Assembly: GCF_017939745.1 (NCBI RefSeq)
Contig: NZ_JAGKQQ010000001.1
Coordinates: 6,089,299-6,153,298 of the forward strand
Direction of reading: 5' to 3'
Length of the DNA: 64,000 nucleotides
Source of the DNA: Gemmata palustris
GTDB lineage: Bacteria > Planctomycetota > Planctomycetia > Gemmatales > Gemmataceae
The notes beneath the pieces were generated by a model. The model searched no databases, was not told where the DNA came from, and worked only from the letters and a program-made list of their open reading frames with translations. Positions 37,329 through 47,008 of this stretch are shown in pieces. A program made the translations under genes and the position numbers. How positions within the stretch are numbered: the first letter of the stretch is position 1; each line of letters starts with the position of its first letter.

Positions 37329-37654
37329 CTTGACGGTTCACATCACGCGCCCCGATGTCATTCCCGCGAACCCGTTTCGCCGGGTTCATAGTCCCACTTC
37401 ACAGAATCATAATTCGTCCGTGACACGTTCCGCACAGAACACGGTCTCCGGGCACGAAATCCCTTGCGATCGCCAGAACCGGACCTTACGTTAAACCCTG
37501 TTCCAACGATCCCGTCACCCGGTGGCGAGTACCGCACCGTTCGCACGTTCCCAACACAGCACGAGGAGAAGGTACGACACCGGCCCGTCCGAGTTCTATT
37601 CCCGCTCGCGGCTCCGTGCCCCGTAGAGACCGATAGAGGAAGCCCCTAATCGCT

Positions 37655-40579
37655 ATGGCAAGTTGGCCGACCCAATCCGACTACAAGGACGCGCTCCAGA
37701 ACCCGGACACCGCGTTCCGCGACCCGGACCTGCGCCAGAGCCGGGCGGAGCGCAGCCCGATGGGGGTTCCGCGCGCGCGGTCGGGTGCGTTCGCCAGCGT
37801 GTACAAGATGACCGGGCCGAAGGGCGTGGTCGCGCTCAAGTTGTTCAACTTCCCCAACGAGGACCGCGCGCGGCGCTACCGGGCCGTTTCCGATTACCTC
37901 GAACTCACGCTCGGCCCCAAGAAGCCGCCGTGCGTGGTCAAGTTCCGGTACCACGCGGACGGAATCCGGGTCGGGAAGCTGTGGTACCCCACGCTCACGA
38001 TGGCCTGGGTCAAAGGCGTGTCCCTCGGCGAGTGGGTGCGGCAAGCCGTCGAGCGCAAGGGGCCCGGCCTCGCGGACGTCCGAAAGATGGCCGATAGCTG
38101 GGTCGCCCTCACGGAACAGCTCCGAAGCACGAAGATCGCGCACGGCGACCTCCAGCACGACAACATCATGGTGGTGGGCGACGCGCCGGTGCTGGTCGAC
38201 TACGACGGCATGTGCGTGCCCGCGCTCGACCCGGCCGACCCGACGAAGAAGCTCGAACAACTCGAATTCGGCAAGCCCGCGTACCAGCACCCGGCCCGGG
38301 CCGTCGAGCGCCTCGGCAGCACCCTCGACCAGTTCTCGGCGTGGGTCATCTTCATCGCCCTCCGCGCGATCGTGGCCGACCCGCAGTTGTACGCGAAGTA
38401 CGTGCTCAAGACCGATAACGAGAACCTGCTGTTCACGCCGGCCGACATGCAGCACCCGGCCGCGTCGGAACTGTGGCCGGACCTGATCGCGTGCAAAGAT
38501 CCCGAGATCAGCGGATGGGCACGGGCACTGCGGGAATCACTCGACAAGCCGTTCAACAAGATCCCCCCGTTCACGCTCGATCCGTTCGTCCGGTTGCGGA
38601 AGCTCGCCGGGGCGGGCACGCGCGACTGGGTTCAGATCGAGGCCGAAACGGAGCGCCTCAAGAAAACCGGTAAGGACGTACCCGTGGACCTCTGGGACCG
38701 GGTGAACCCGGTCGGCGCGCTGAGGGAACTGTGCGCGGCGCGGGTCAAGGATTGGGTGAAGATCGCGGGCGAGGGCGAACGGCTGCTCGCGACCGGGCGC
38801 TTACTGCCGACCGATGTGAAGCCCGTGTACGAGGGCGCCCGCAAGCGCGTCGCCGCGCGCAACGCGGTAAAGAAGGCCCTGGATGATCGCAACCCCCGGG
38901 CGGCCGTAACCGCGTACCAGGCGGCTCTGATCGACGACTGGGCGGACCCGAAGCTCGTTACGGGGGCCAAAGCCGCGGCCGAACAGGTGCCCCTGCTTAA
39001 CGAGCTGAAGGCCGCGGTCGCGGCACCGGGGGACGGTCGGGCACTCGTGAAACTCTGGGACGCCCACGCCCCGAAACTCGCGACCGTTGCGGAAGCGCGG
39101 ATCTACGAGGCGGCCGCGGCCGGGTGGCGCACGCGCATCAAAGCGGCCGACACCTTCCTCCGCGTGTTCGCCAAATCCCCGCAGACCGAGCGCGAGGTTG
39201 CTGAAGCATGGCAAGCCGTTCTCGCGGCCGGGCCGTTGCACCCCAGCGTGACCGAAGTACACCGCCAGCGCGGAACGGATGCGCTCCGCTGGTGGCCGCT
39301 TTTGGAGCGGCTCCGGCGCTTACCGAATGCCGCAGCCCACGAGAACGATACCCAGTTGCTCACCGCCTGGGGAAACGGTTCCGCGCTCGCCGGGTGCGCG
39401 GAGGCGATCCCGTTCGCTCACCGCGCGATCGAAGCGCGCGAGCGGGTCGCGCTCGTGGACGCGCTCGAACGCGCGATCAAACAGGCCGAACAGGGCGGTC
39501 CCGAAGACGCCGTCGTTGCGGCCGCGAAAAAGTTGCCCGCGGGCTACCCGCACCCGCACGCGAACCGCGCCGGCGAGGGGTCCGAGGGGCTCTGGCTCAT
39601 GGCCGAAGTCCAGCGCGCGATCGACCGCCCGCGCCCGTCGGACCGCGCGATCGCCGCCGCGTATGACAAGCTCAAAGAGAAGAACCCGCGGCTCGCGGAC
39701 CGGCTCGAGCGCGTGAACCCGGCGCTGTACGCCGAGGGCGAGAAGGCAACTCAGCGGCGGCAGTTGCTCGACCGGTTCGCGCGCATCGACGCCGAAGAGC
39801 TCCGCGTGGACAAACAGGACCAGAGGTGGCTCGCGCTGTGGTCCGAGCACGGCAAGGCACTCAGCGACCGGGCCGACCGCGAGGAACTCCGCGCCCGGCT
39901 CACTCTGGCCCGCGACCGGCTCGAGAAATGGAGCAAGATCGCCGAAGCGCTCGCGGCCCGCGACGTGTTCGCGCTCCGCAAGCAGTTCGCAGCCCACAGC
40001 GCGGCCCTCGCCAACTACCCGCCGTTCGCGGACCGTCTGGGCGAGATTCAGGAACTGCTGGCGCGGGCCGATCGGATCACCAGTATCCAGCAAAAGATCG
40101 ACGCGACGGCCGCGCTCGCGCCCGACGACCTGGCGTTTCTGCGAGACAATCACAGCGTGTTCGATGCGGACACCAAATCGGCGATCGAAACTCAGGTGCG
40201 TGCGCGGTTGGCCGGCGAAGCGCGGCTCGTGCCGGCGTTCCCGGCGTATTCGAGCGCGGGCAAGCGCGGCGGACTGGTGAAAGCGTGTTGGTCGTGGGGC
40301 GGGCACGGGCTGATTTCGCACTGCATCGTCGCGGTGGACGGGCGCCGCTTCCTCGCGGACCCGTCCGAGGCGGACCCGTATTCGCGCATCAACTGTCTGC
40401 CCGAGAACCACCAGCGCGAGGGCGGGGGAATCACGCTCGTACCGCCCAACGGTGCGCCGCAGGCGTATGTGACGATCTGGCCGGTCGTGGAATTGGGGTG
40501 GAAGACGATCTACGGGGCGCCGTTGACCATCGGTCCCGTGCCCGTCGGTAGCACCAGCCCGAGCGCGAGCCGGTGGTGA
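37655..40579 (+). CDS. large (974 aa) protein with N-terminal protein-kinase-like/APH-like domain and long Ala/Arg-rich helical C-terminal region
   Basis: GAFASVYK…VVALKLF (Gly-loop / Lys). IAHGDLQHDNIMV (catalytic loop). LVDYDGM (DFG-like). About 650 aa of predicted helical repeats and a unique C-terminal domain. Confidence 0.6.
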   Translation: MASWPTQSDYKDALQNPDTAFRDPDLRQSRAERSPMGVPRARSGAFASVYKMTGPKGVVALKLFNFPNEDRARRYRAVSDYLELTLGPKKPPCVVKFRYHADGIRVGKLWYPTLTMAWVKGVSLGEWVRQAVERKGPGLADVRKMADSWVALTEQLRSTKIAHGDLQHDNIMVVGDAPVLVDYDGMCVPALDPADPTKKLEQLEFGKPAYQHPARAVERLGSTLDQFSAWVIFIALRAIVADPQLYAKYVLKTDNENLLFTPADMQHPAASELWPDLIACKDPEISGWARALRESLDKPFNKIPPFTLDPFVRLRKLAGAGTRDWVQIEAETERLKKTGKDVPVDLWDRVNPVGALRELCAARVKDWVKIAGEGERLLATGRLLPTDVKPVYEGARKRVAARNAVKKALDDRNPRAAVTAYQAALIDDWADPKLVTGAKAAAEQVPLLNELKAAVAAPGDGRALVKLWDAHAPKLATVAEARIYEAAAAGWRTRIKAADTFLRVFAKSPQTEREVAEAWQAVLAAGPLHPSVTEVHRQRGTDALRWWPLLERLRRLPNAAAHENDTQLLTAWGNGSALAGCAEAIPFAHRAIEARERVALVDALERAIKQAEQGGPEDAVVAAAKKLPAGYPHPHANRAGEGSEGLWLMAEVQRAIDRPRPSDRAIAAAYDKLKEKNPRLADRLERVNPALYAEGEKATQRRQLLDRFARIDAEELRVDKQDQRWLALWSEHGKALSDRADREELRARLTLARDRLEKWSKIAEALAARDVFALRKQFAAHSAALANYPPFADRLGEIQELLARADRITSIQQKIDATAALAPDDLAFLRDNHSVFDADTKSAIETQVRARLAGEARLVPAFPAYSSAGKRGGLVKACWSWGGHGLISHCIVAVDGRRFLADPSEADPYSRINCLPENHQREGGGITLVPPNGAPQAYVTIWPVVELGWKTIYGAPLTIGPVPVGSTSPSASRW

Positions 40580-40629
40580 TTCGGCGGGCGGGCCGCGCCA
40601 ATTCCTTCAGCACGTCATCCGGTCAAAGT

Positions 40630-41568
40630 TCACTCCGCGGGAAGCGCCTTGCCCTTCGCGGCGAGGAGGCGCCCGAGTTGATCGGCGCTCAGGCGCGGAT
40701 CGTCGGTGAGCAGCGCGCCGAGTTCCGTTAAAACGAAGTCTTCCAAATCGTCACCGGCCCAGCCCTCGGCAATGAGCTTTCCGCCGACGTGTTCGAGCGC
40801 ACGGTCGCGGAGCTTGTCCGTGCGCCGGGTGAGCGTGCCCTCGTTCAAATTGAACAGCTTCGCGGCCTCGCGCTGGCTCAACCGGTACCGCCACCGGAGG
40901 CCGAGCAGCAGGCGCTCGTCGTCATCAATGGTGCCGAGCCACTCGCGCGCCGCGGAGACGAACGTCTCGTGCCACCGGTCCGAACCGTTCGCCTTCGGCG
41001 CGTCCATCGGGAGCGCGATTTCATCGTCCGGGAGGGCCGTGACACCGGTGGTCTGGCGCAACTTCGAGAGGTGCCAGTTCTGGAACACGCGGATCAGCCA
41101 CGGGGCCAGCGGGCGCTGGCCGTCGTACCGCGCGAGCACGGGGAGCGTGCCCTCGCTCTCGGGCGCGATCAGATTGCTCCAGAACTCCGTTACGGCCGTG
41201 TCCTGGCGCTCTTCGTTGCGCGGGTAGAGGCGCACCGCTCGGGCGCGGAGCGCGTCCACGAGCAGGCAATCACTGCGCCCGGTGCGGGCGTTGAACAGCG
41301 CCTCCCACGCGGCGTTCTGCCCGTCCAGGCACCCGACGCAGACGAGCCAATCGACCGCGTACAGGCCCTCCAGGTACCCCGCCCAGGAGAGCGGGCCGGG
41401 GGCCTTCGGGAGGAAAATGCGGAGCGTGCGCTGGAGGTGCGTGAGGAACGCCGGTTCGGAGAGCTTGACTGCGGGCATTTGGAGCCGCGCGAAGTGGTAG
41501 AGCAGCGTGACGCGGCCCTTGTCCGCGGGGCTGAGCGGCGGCAGTTCCGGGGGTGCAATCACGGCCAA
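40630..41568 (-). CDS. sigma-70/ECF-like DNA-binding regulator (region-4-type HTH at C-terminus)
   Basis: C-terminal …LLLGLRWRYRLSQREAAKLFNLNEGTLTRRTDKLR… resembles sigma region 4. N-terminal part is atypical. Confidence 0.4.
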   Translation of the reverse strand: MAVIAPPELPPLSPADKGRVTLLYHFARLQMPAVKLSEPAFLTHLQRTLRIFLPKAPGPLSWAGYLEGLYAVDWLVCVGCLDGQNAAWEALFNARTGRSDCLLVDALRARAVRLYPRNEERQDTAVTEFWSNLIAPESEGTLPVLARYDGQRPLAPWLIRVFQNWHLSKLRQTTGVTALPDDEIALPMDAPKANGSDRWHETFVSAAREWLGTIDDDERLLLGLRWRYRLSQREAAKLFNLNEGTLTRRTDKLRDRALEHVGGKLIAEGWAGDDLEDFVLTELGALLTDDPRLSADQLGRLLAAKGKALPAE

Positions 41569-41695
41569 TCCAGGGAGCGGATGAATCTCAAGACAAGGAC
41601 ATTCTACGCGCCCGGAAACGGCTTGCGCGGGCCGGGCGCCTCCACACTATTTTCGTCTCTTTCCGCGCCCGGGATTTGAGTTTCGCAATTTCTTT

Positions 41696-42898
41696 TTACC
41701 GCGGTGTGAACATCAATATCTGCACGTTCGAGGGGGCGTTCGGGTCCGGGTCGGTGGGCGAGAGATTCATTCCCATTCCCAACGGAATGATCTTGCGCCG
41801 GGAAAAGGCGCCCAGTTTGTGGGCACCGGCGGCCTTCAGGTACTCGGCCACCACCTCGGCCTGTTTCTTGGTTAACTCCTGTGCAACAGCGGACGTCGTC
41901 ACTTTATCTTTCGGGTCGTGGAACCCGACCACGACGATTTCGGACCCGGCCGCTTTGTTTCCCTTGAGAGTGCTCGCCACGCCGTCCAGGTGTCGGCGGC
42001 CGTCACCGGTGAGTGTGGCGGTACCGGGCTCGAAGACGTCTTTGGACTGATAAAGCATCTGCGTGCGGGACATCGTCGGGCGGACGAGCAGGGCCACGGA
42101 GTCCTCGACGTAACTGCGCACGATCGGCAGTTTGCTCAGCGCTTCACTTCCCTGCTTCACGGACTTCAGTGTATCGCGGCCGTCGGAGACGAACCCGCGG
42201 AGATTGCCCATCTCATTTTCCATCGTGCCCACGGCCTTATCCGTTCGGCCGACCAACTTGCGCAAGTCACCGAGCGTTCCGCGCGCGTCCTCGTACAAAT
42301 CGTCGTCGCGGATGAGTTTCGCGAACGTGCCGTTGCTCTCCTCGACGCCGCTGATGAATCCCTTCGCCGCCGCCACGGTTTCGCGTGCTTCCGAAGCGAG
42401 CAACTTCACCTCGGAAGCGGTGCCCTTCGCTTCTTTCGCCAGGTCGCGCACTTCGGCGATCGCGTCTTCGAGCGCGAACGGCTTCACGCCCCGGAGCCGG
42501 CCGTCGGCGAGAGCCCCTTTATTCGGGTCGCCGGGTTGAATGCTGATAACCTTCGAGCCCAGCATCCCGGTTCCGTGGATCTGAGCCGAAGCGTTAGAGT
42601 ACAATCGGCTGGCGAACTTTGCTTGCAGGCGCATTCGGACGGTCACTTCCGCGCCGGGGCCGTCGTGATCGGGATATTCGACCGTAATTACCTGCCCCGC
42701 GTCCACGCCGCGGATGCGCACCGGCGTACCCGGGGTAACGTCGTGTGCTTCGGGGAACCCCGCCGTAACTTCGACGGTGTCGGCCCACAATCCTTGTTTG
42801 TCGGCGATGCGCGCGACGCCGTAACTGCCCAGAGCGAGCGCGGCGACCACCACCAACCCTAACGTGACCGCCTGCCAGCGCGAAAGCGATTGCGACAC
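41696..42898 (-). CDS. MCE/MlaD-domain protein with C-terminal OmpA-like domain
   Basis: N-terminal TM, MlaD beta-barrel region (…VRIRGVDAGQV…), coiled-coil segment, C-terminal OmpA-like (…EIVVVGFHD…). Confidence 0.65.
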   Translation of the reverse strand: MSQSLSRWQAVTLGLVVVAALALGSYGVARIADKQGLWADTVEVTAGFPEAHDVTPGTPVRIRGVDAGQVITVEYPDHDGPGAEVTVRMRLQAKFASRLYSNASAQIHGTGMLGSKVISIQPGDPNKGALADGRLRGVKPFALEDAIAEVRDLAKEAKGTASEVKLLASEARETVAAAKGFISGVEESNGTFAKLIRDDDLYEDARGTLGDLRKLVGRTDKAVGTMENEMGNLRGFVSDGRDTLKSVKQGSEALSKLPIVRSYVEDSVALLVRPTMSRTQMLYQSKDVFEPGTATLTGDGRRHLDGVASTLKGNKAAGSEIVVVGFHDPKDKVTTSAVAQELTKKQAEVVAEYLKAAGAHKLGAFSRRKIIPLGMGMNLSPTDPDPNAPSNVQILMFTPR

Positions 42899-43052
42899 GA
42901 CACAGCTCCCCGAAATTGGTTCCGCGGCATTATACTCTTCGACGTGTCGCCCCGCGGATTACCGTTGTACTTCGGCGAGAAAAGACGATCGGCGGCGTGG
43001 ACAACCACGCCGCCGATCGTGAAATCAGGTGCGTACTACCAAGCACTGACGT

Positions 43053-43317
43053 TCACACTTCCTCTGGCCCCTGCTCGTAACCAATGCACACGGCCGCCCG
43101 CACCCACTCCCATTCCGCTGTTTCTCCCCGAAGAAACCACCCGGCCTGAAGTTCCGTCTCCACGTCACAGAACTCCCGACCCCGATATTGCGATTGGGCG
43201 CGCGCCCCGTACCGCATCGCCCGCCGCAAAGACGCGGGGTCGATCGATGGTGGCTGTACCACCTCCTGGAACAGATTGATTGTCAAATCGGTCGCGTCGT
43301 CGGAATTCCTCGACATG
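43053..43317 (-). CDS. possible 88-aa hypothetical protein
   Basis: Only the C-terminal 88 codons of track ORF 43053..43715 avoid overlap with the well-supported LapA-like gene. No RBS or motif support. Confidence 0.2.
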
Positions 43318-43451
43318 AGCGACTCCACTGCGTGGGGGTGAATACAGACCGAAACATGCGAATGGGGTGCCACATTTAAGGATCGGCACTCCGTTCGCAT
43401 CACCGTGAGCGTCGAATTGGCGAAAACCTCATCCCTATTCGGGAGAAAACC

Positions 43452-43685
43452 ATGCGGCTCATTAGCGGCTTGTTCCTGATCGCGTTGATCGCTGTTCTCG
43501 GCGTTCTGACTTACGAAAACTCCAGCGTCACGCGCGTGAATGCGTGGTCGTGGAACTGGGACGTACCGCTGCCGCTGCTCGTGGGGAGCGTATACGTACT
43601 CGGCATGGTGAGTGGATGGTGGCTCATCGGGCTGACAAAGCGTTCCTGGCAACGGGTGACCGAACCCGACCGCGCCCGAGCGTGA
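43452..43685 (+). CDS. small LapA/DUF1049-like inner-membrane protein
   Basis: GGGAGAAAACC-ATG strong RBS. Two hydrophobic helices flanking a short loop; 77 aa. Confidence 0.6.
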   Translation: MRLISGLFLIALIAVLGVLTYENSSVTRVNAWSWNWDVPLPLLVGSVYVLGMVSGWWLIGLTKRSWQRVTEPDRARA

Positions 43686-43718
43686 AATCGAAGCACCGCC
43701 GTCGGTCGCATACATGAT

Positions 43719-43759
43719 TAAACGTCGAGGGGGCGCAAAGTTTGCGCCCCCTCGACGTT
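43719..43759. terminator. bidirectional intrinsic terminator (perfect 20-bp-stem palindrome) between the LapA-like gene and ligA
   Basis: AAACGTCGAGGGGGCGCAAA-g-TTTGCGCCCCCTCGACGTTT. Confidence 0.75.
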
Positions 43760-43772
43760 TCGACGACTCGGT

Positions 43773-45818
43773 TCACCCCGCGCCAATGATCTGGCGGAAC
43801 TCGTCCTCGTTGATGATCTTCACCCCGAGCTCCTTTGCCTTGGCGTGCTTACTACCGGGGTTTTCGCCGAGTAGCAGGAAATCCGTCTTCTTCGACACGC
43901 TCCCGCTCGCCTTCCCGCCCGCGTCCTTGATCGCGGTCTCGATACTAACGCGGTCGTAATTCACGAGCGTACCCGTAACCACGATCGTCTTGCCCGCGAG
44001 AGGAAGCCCGCCGACCGGCGCGGCCTTCTTGTCGTGCGTCATCTTGATGCCGAGTTCTTTCAGCTCCGCGATGAGCTTCTGACCGTTCTCGCCGTCGAAG
44101 TACGCGCGCAGGTACTTTGCCCGCTCCGGCCCCCAACCCTTCACTCGTGCCAGATCTTCCGGCTTCGCGGCGATGATGAGGTCGACATCGGGGAACTCTT
44201 CGACGAGGTCGTCGGCCATCTTCTCGCCGACGCTGTAAATCGCCAGCGCCGGGAGCAGTCGAGCCAGTCCGCGGTCCTTACTCGCAGCGATCCCGTCGAG
44301 TAGCTTCTGAGCCTTGGTGTCTGCGAACTTCTCCAGTGCGAGGAGCTGTTTCTTGGTCAACCGGTAGAGGTCGGCGACCGACTTCACCAGCCCGGATTCG
44401 ACGAGTTGAATCGCGACCTCGCGGCCAAGTCCATCAATCTCCATTCGCGTTTTGCGGGCGTAGCCTTCGAGTCGTTTCCACATCCCGCCGGAGCACGATT
44501 CCGAGTTACCACAAATGAAGTTGTAACTGCTCGCGGATTCTTGCTTGACGACCGGTCCGCCGCACTCCGGGCAGTTCTCCGGCCACGTGATGACCTGCTC
44601 TGCACCCGTGCGGTCGGCCTTGATGACGTCCACGACTTGCGGGATGATCTCGCCCTTTTTCTCGACCACGACCGTGTCGCCGATTCGGACGTCCATCTCC
44701 GCGACCCACGACGCATTGTGCATGCTCGCGTGCGTGACCGTGGTGCCGGCCAGTTGCACCGGAGGGTCGAACGTCGCGACCGGGGTCAGCTCGCCGAACT
44801 TCCCGATGTGGAACACGACCGCGCCGAGCTTCGTCGTCCCCTGCTCGGCCTCGAACTTGAACGCCCGCGCCCACTTCGGTACCTTCGCCGTGTACCCGAT
44901 CCGCTCGCGCTGCGCCCAATCGTTCACCTTCACCACGATGCCGTCGGTGTCGTAGGGCAACTCCTTCCGCTTCGTGTCCCACTCCTTGCAGTACGCGATC
45001 ACCTCATCAATGCTCGCACACAGCCGCTCGTGCGGGTTCACGGGGAACCCGAACTCCTTGAGTTTCGCGAGCATCTCCGATTGCTTCTTGATGACCAGTC
45101 CGTCGATCGCGCCGGACCCGTAAGCGAACATGCTGAGCTTCCGCTTCGCGCACTCGCGGGGGTCGAGCAGTTTGAGCGTACCGGCGCTGAGATTGCGGGC
45201 GTTCTTGTACGGCTCCTGTTTGTTCTTGGTCTGCTCGGAATTGATTCGGGCCAGTTCGCTGCGGGTCATGTAGACTTCGCCGCGCGCCTCGAAGATTGTC
45301 GGCGGGTTGGCGGTGTTGAGTTTCAGCGGGATGGCGGCGATCGTCTTGACGTTGTGCGTCACGTCGTCGCCGACACTTCCGCTACCGCGCGTGGCCGCGA
45401 ACGCGAGCTTGCCGTTCTCGTAGGTGATCGACATCGACACGCCGTCGATCTTCAGTTCCACGACGTATTCCACAACCGCGCTCGGCCCGAGGGCTTTCTT
45501 CACGTCCGCATCGAATTTCCGCAAGTCGCCCTCGTCGTAGCTGTTCTCGATGGACAGCATCGGCACCTTGTGCGTGACCTGCTTGAACCCCGGGATCGGC
45601 GCCCCACCGACGCGCTGCGTCGGGCTGTCCGGGGTGACGAGTTCCGGGTGCGCCTTTTCGATGGCGGCGAGTTCCTGGAGCAACTTGTCGAACTCGCGGT
45701 CCGAAATGACCGGCGCGGCTTCGACGTAGTACAGGTGGTTGTGGTGATCGAGTTGCTTGCGGAGTTCGGCCGCCCGGTCCGCGGGTGCGACGGGCGAAGC
45801 GGTAGTGGTTTTGGCCAC
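43773..45818 (-). CDS. ligA: NAD+-dependent DNA ligase
   Basis: KxDG adenylation motif region (ELKIDGVSM), Cys4 zinc finger (CPECGGPV…C), HhH and C-terminal BRCT. Confidence 0.95.
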   Translation of the reverse strand: MAKTTTASPVAPADRAAELRKQLDHHNHLYYVEAAPVISDREFDKLLQELAAIEKAHPELVTPDSPTQRVGGAPIPGFKQVTHKVPMLSIENSYDEGDLRKFDADVKKALGPSAVVEYVVELKIDGVSMSITYENGKLAFAATRGSGSVGDDVTHNVKTIAAIPLKLNTANPPTIFEARGEVYMTRSELARINSEQTKNKQEPYKNARNLSAGTLKLLDPRECAKRKLSMFAYGSGAIDGLVIKKQSEMLAKLKEFGFPVNPHERLCASIDEVIAYCKEWDTKRKELPYDTDGIVVKVNDWAQRERIGYTAKVPKWARAFKFEAEQGTTKLGAVVFHIGKFGELTPVATFDPPVQLAGTTVTHASMHNASWVAEMDVRIGDTVVVEKKGEIIPQVVDVIKADRTGAEQVITWPENCPECGGPVVKQESASSYNFICGNSESCSGGMWKRLEGYARKTRMEIDGLGREVAIQLVESGLVKSVADLYRLTKKQLLALEKFADTKAQKLLDGIAASKDRGLARLLPALAIYSVGEKMADDLVEEFPDVDLIIAAKPEDLARVKGWGPERAKYLRAYFDGENGQKLIAELKELGIKMTHDKKAAPVGGLPLAGKTIVVTGTLVNYDRVSIETAIKDAGGKASGSVSKKTDFLLLGENPGSKHAKAKELGVKIINEDEFRQIIGAG

Positions 45819-45898
45819 GGGCGGGAACCTCGGTTGGTGTGTGTTTCAACACCGGGATTGTGCCGTGAAAAATAGGCGAGAGCAAGCTTGGGAGTTGT

Positions 45899-46321
45899 TC
45901 AAGCCACGGGCGAATTGGTCGCCCAATTTTCCGTGTGTAGCCCCGGCACCGCAGAGAGATCGGAATCCGTGGTGACAACGGTACACCTGCCGAGCACGAG
46001 CGCGATTGCGGCAATCTGGATGTCAATCTGCTGCATCGGGCGCCCGATGCGCCGTAGTTCGGCGGCCAAGCGCCCGTATTCTTCTGCGGCATCGTTCGCG
46101 TACGGCCAGATCTTCAGCGACGGCAACGCAGCGCGAAGTTCGCGAAGTGCTCGTTCCCGTGATGCACTGTGTTCTGCACCGTAGTGAAGTTCTCCGAGAA
46201 CCGGAACGCAGATACCGATAACGTTCCCCTTTCACACTTCATCCCGGGCGCGAGCGAAAACCGGATCGCGGCGAGCGATGTACGCTCCAGCAATGCCGGT
46301 GTCGAGGAGGTAACGTTTCAC
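45899..46321 (-). pseudogene. vapC: vapC-like PIN-domain toxin gene interrupted by an in-frame TGA
   Basis: GTG start at 46321 overlapping the antitoxin stop (GTGA). Reads VKRYLLDTGIAGAYIARRDPVFARARDEV-TGA(46232-46234)-KGNVIGICVPVLGELHYGAEHS…IDIQIAAIALVLGRCTVVTTDSDLSAVPGL. Complete PIN acidic residues apart from the stop. Confidence 0.6.
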
Positions 46322-46620
46322 TCCCACGATTCCGCGGCCTCCTGATTCCACTTTTCCCACTGACTGAGTTGAAACGCCTTATCTTCCGCGCGCATCTTCT
46401 CCCACTCGGCGAACTCTTCCGGCGTCATCCAGGCTTGAAACTGGTCCATTAGCGCGAGGCGCTTTTCAATCGCTTCGGGACTGTTGCCATCATCATCGGG
46501 AAGCGACTCTTCCACACTCGGCGCGACCAGATCAACAACCACTCGCGTTCCATCGGGTAAGTCGGGTGGTGTGTCGAAAACGACTTTACCACCGCGAATC
46601 GTTCCGTGAATTGTGCTCAT
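46318..46620 (-). CDS. vapB: VapB-type antitoxin (AbrB/DUF104-like N-terminal swapped-hairpin domain)
   Basis: 100 aa from the internal Met: MSTIHGTIRGGKVVFDTPPDLPDGTRVVV…. Sits directly upstream of the PIN ORF with a 4-nt overlap. Confidence 0.55.
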   Translation of the reverse strand: MSTIHGTIRGGKVVFDTPPDLPDGTRVVVDLVAPSVEESLPDDDGNSPEAIEKRLALMDQFQAWMTPEEFAEWEKMRAEDKAFQLSQWEKWNQEAAESWE

Positions 46621-46717
46621 GCGTTGCCCTCCCGAAAACTTCGCCCTCATTATACCACAAGGGCGGCCTCGACTCCTCGGAGCCAGAAGCCGCCCTCGAT
46701 TGCGCGTCACGGAGTGA

Positions 46718-47008
46718 TTATCGGCGGAAAGTTTGCTTGCTGAACTGACCCGAGAGCGGGTTGTAGACCGTGCCGGTGTACTTCGACTTGTGCGTGAACG
46801 GGTTGGTGAAGTGCCCCGTGCGCTGAACCGAACCGATGACCGGTTGCAGTTTCGCAGCGGCCGGAACAAAGCCCCCACCACGGGGATCGACAACCGCCGT
46901 GCGCGTGGTCGTCCCGCGCGTGCCCACTTTCGATGGCGACAATCCGCCCGCGCTGGCAGTGCCTGCAAATACCAACGTCACCAGCGCCGCAATCAGCGTG
47001 TTTCTCAT
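46718..47008 (-). CDS. small secreted hypothetical protein
   Basis: 96 aa with a clear signal peptide MRNTLIAALVTLVFAGTASA. Confidence 0.4.
   Translation of the reverse strand: MRNTLIAALVTLVFAGTASAGGLSPSKVGTRGTTTRTAVVDPRGGGFVPAAAKLQPVIGSVQRTGHFTNPFTHKSKYTGTVYNPLSGQFSKQTFRR

Noticed and set aside
37192-37494. ORFs 37192..37389 (-) and 37222..37494 (+) overlapping the tRNA.
   Set aside because: They span a canonical tRNA-Ser cloverleaf, so the coding interpretation is untenable.
39320-40411. 363-aa minus-strand ORF inside the kinase-like gene, and 60605..61609 (+) inside the WD40 gene.
   Set aside because: They are antisense to genes with clear domain signatures and have Arg/Pro-rich low-complexity translations.
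43053-43715. Full 220-aa minus-strand ORF 43053..43715.
   Set aside because: Its N-terminal two-thirds overlap the RBS-supported LapA-like membrane-protein gene on the opposite strand. Only the non-overlapping C-terminal 88 codons were kept, as a low-confidence candidate.
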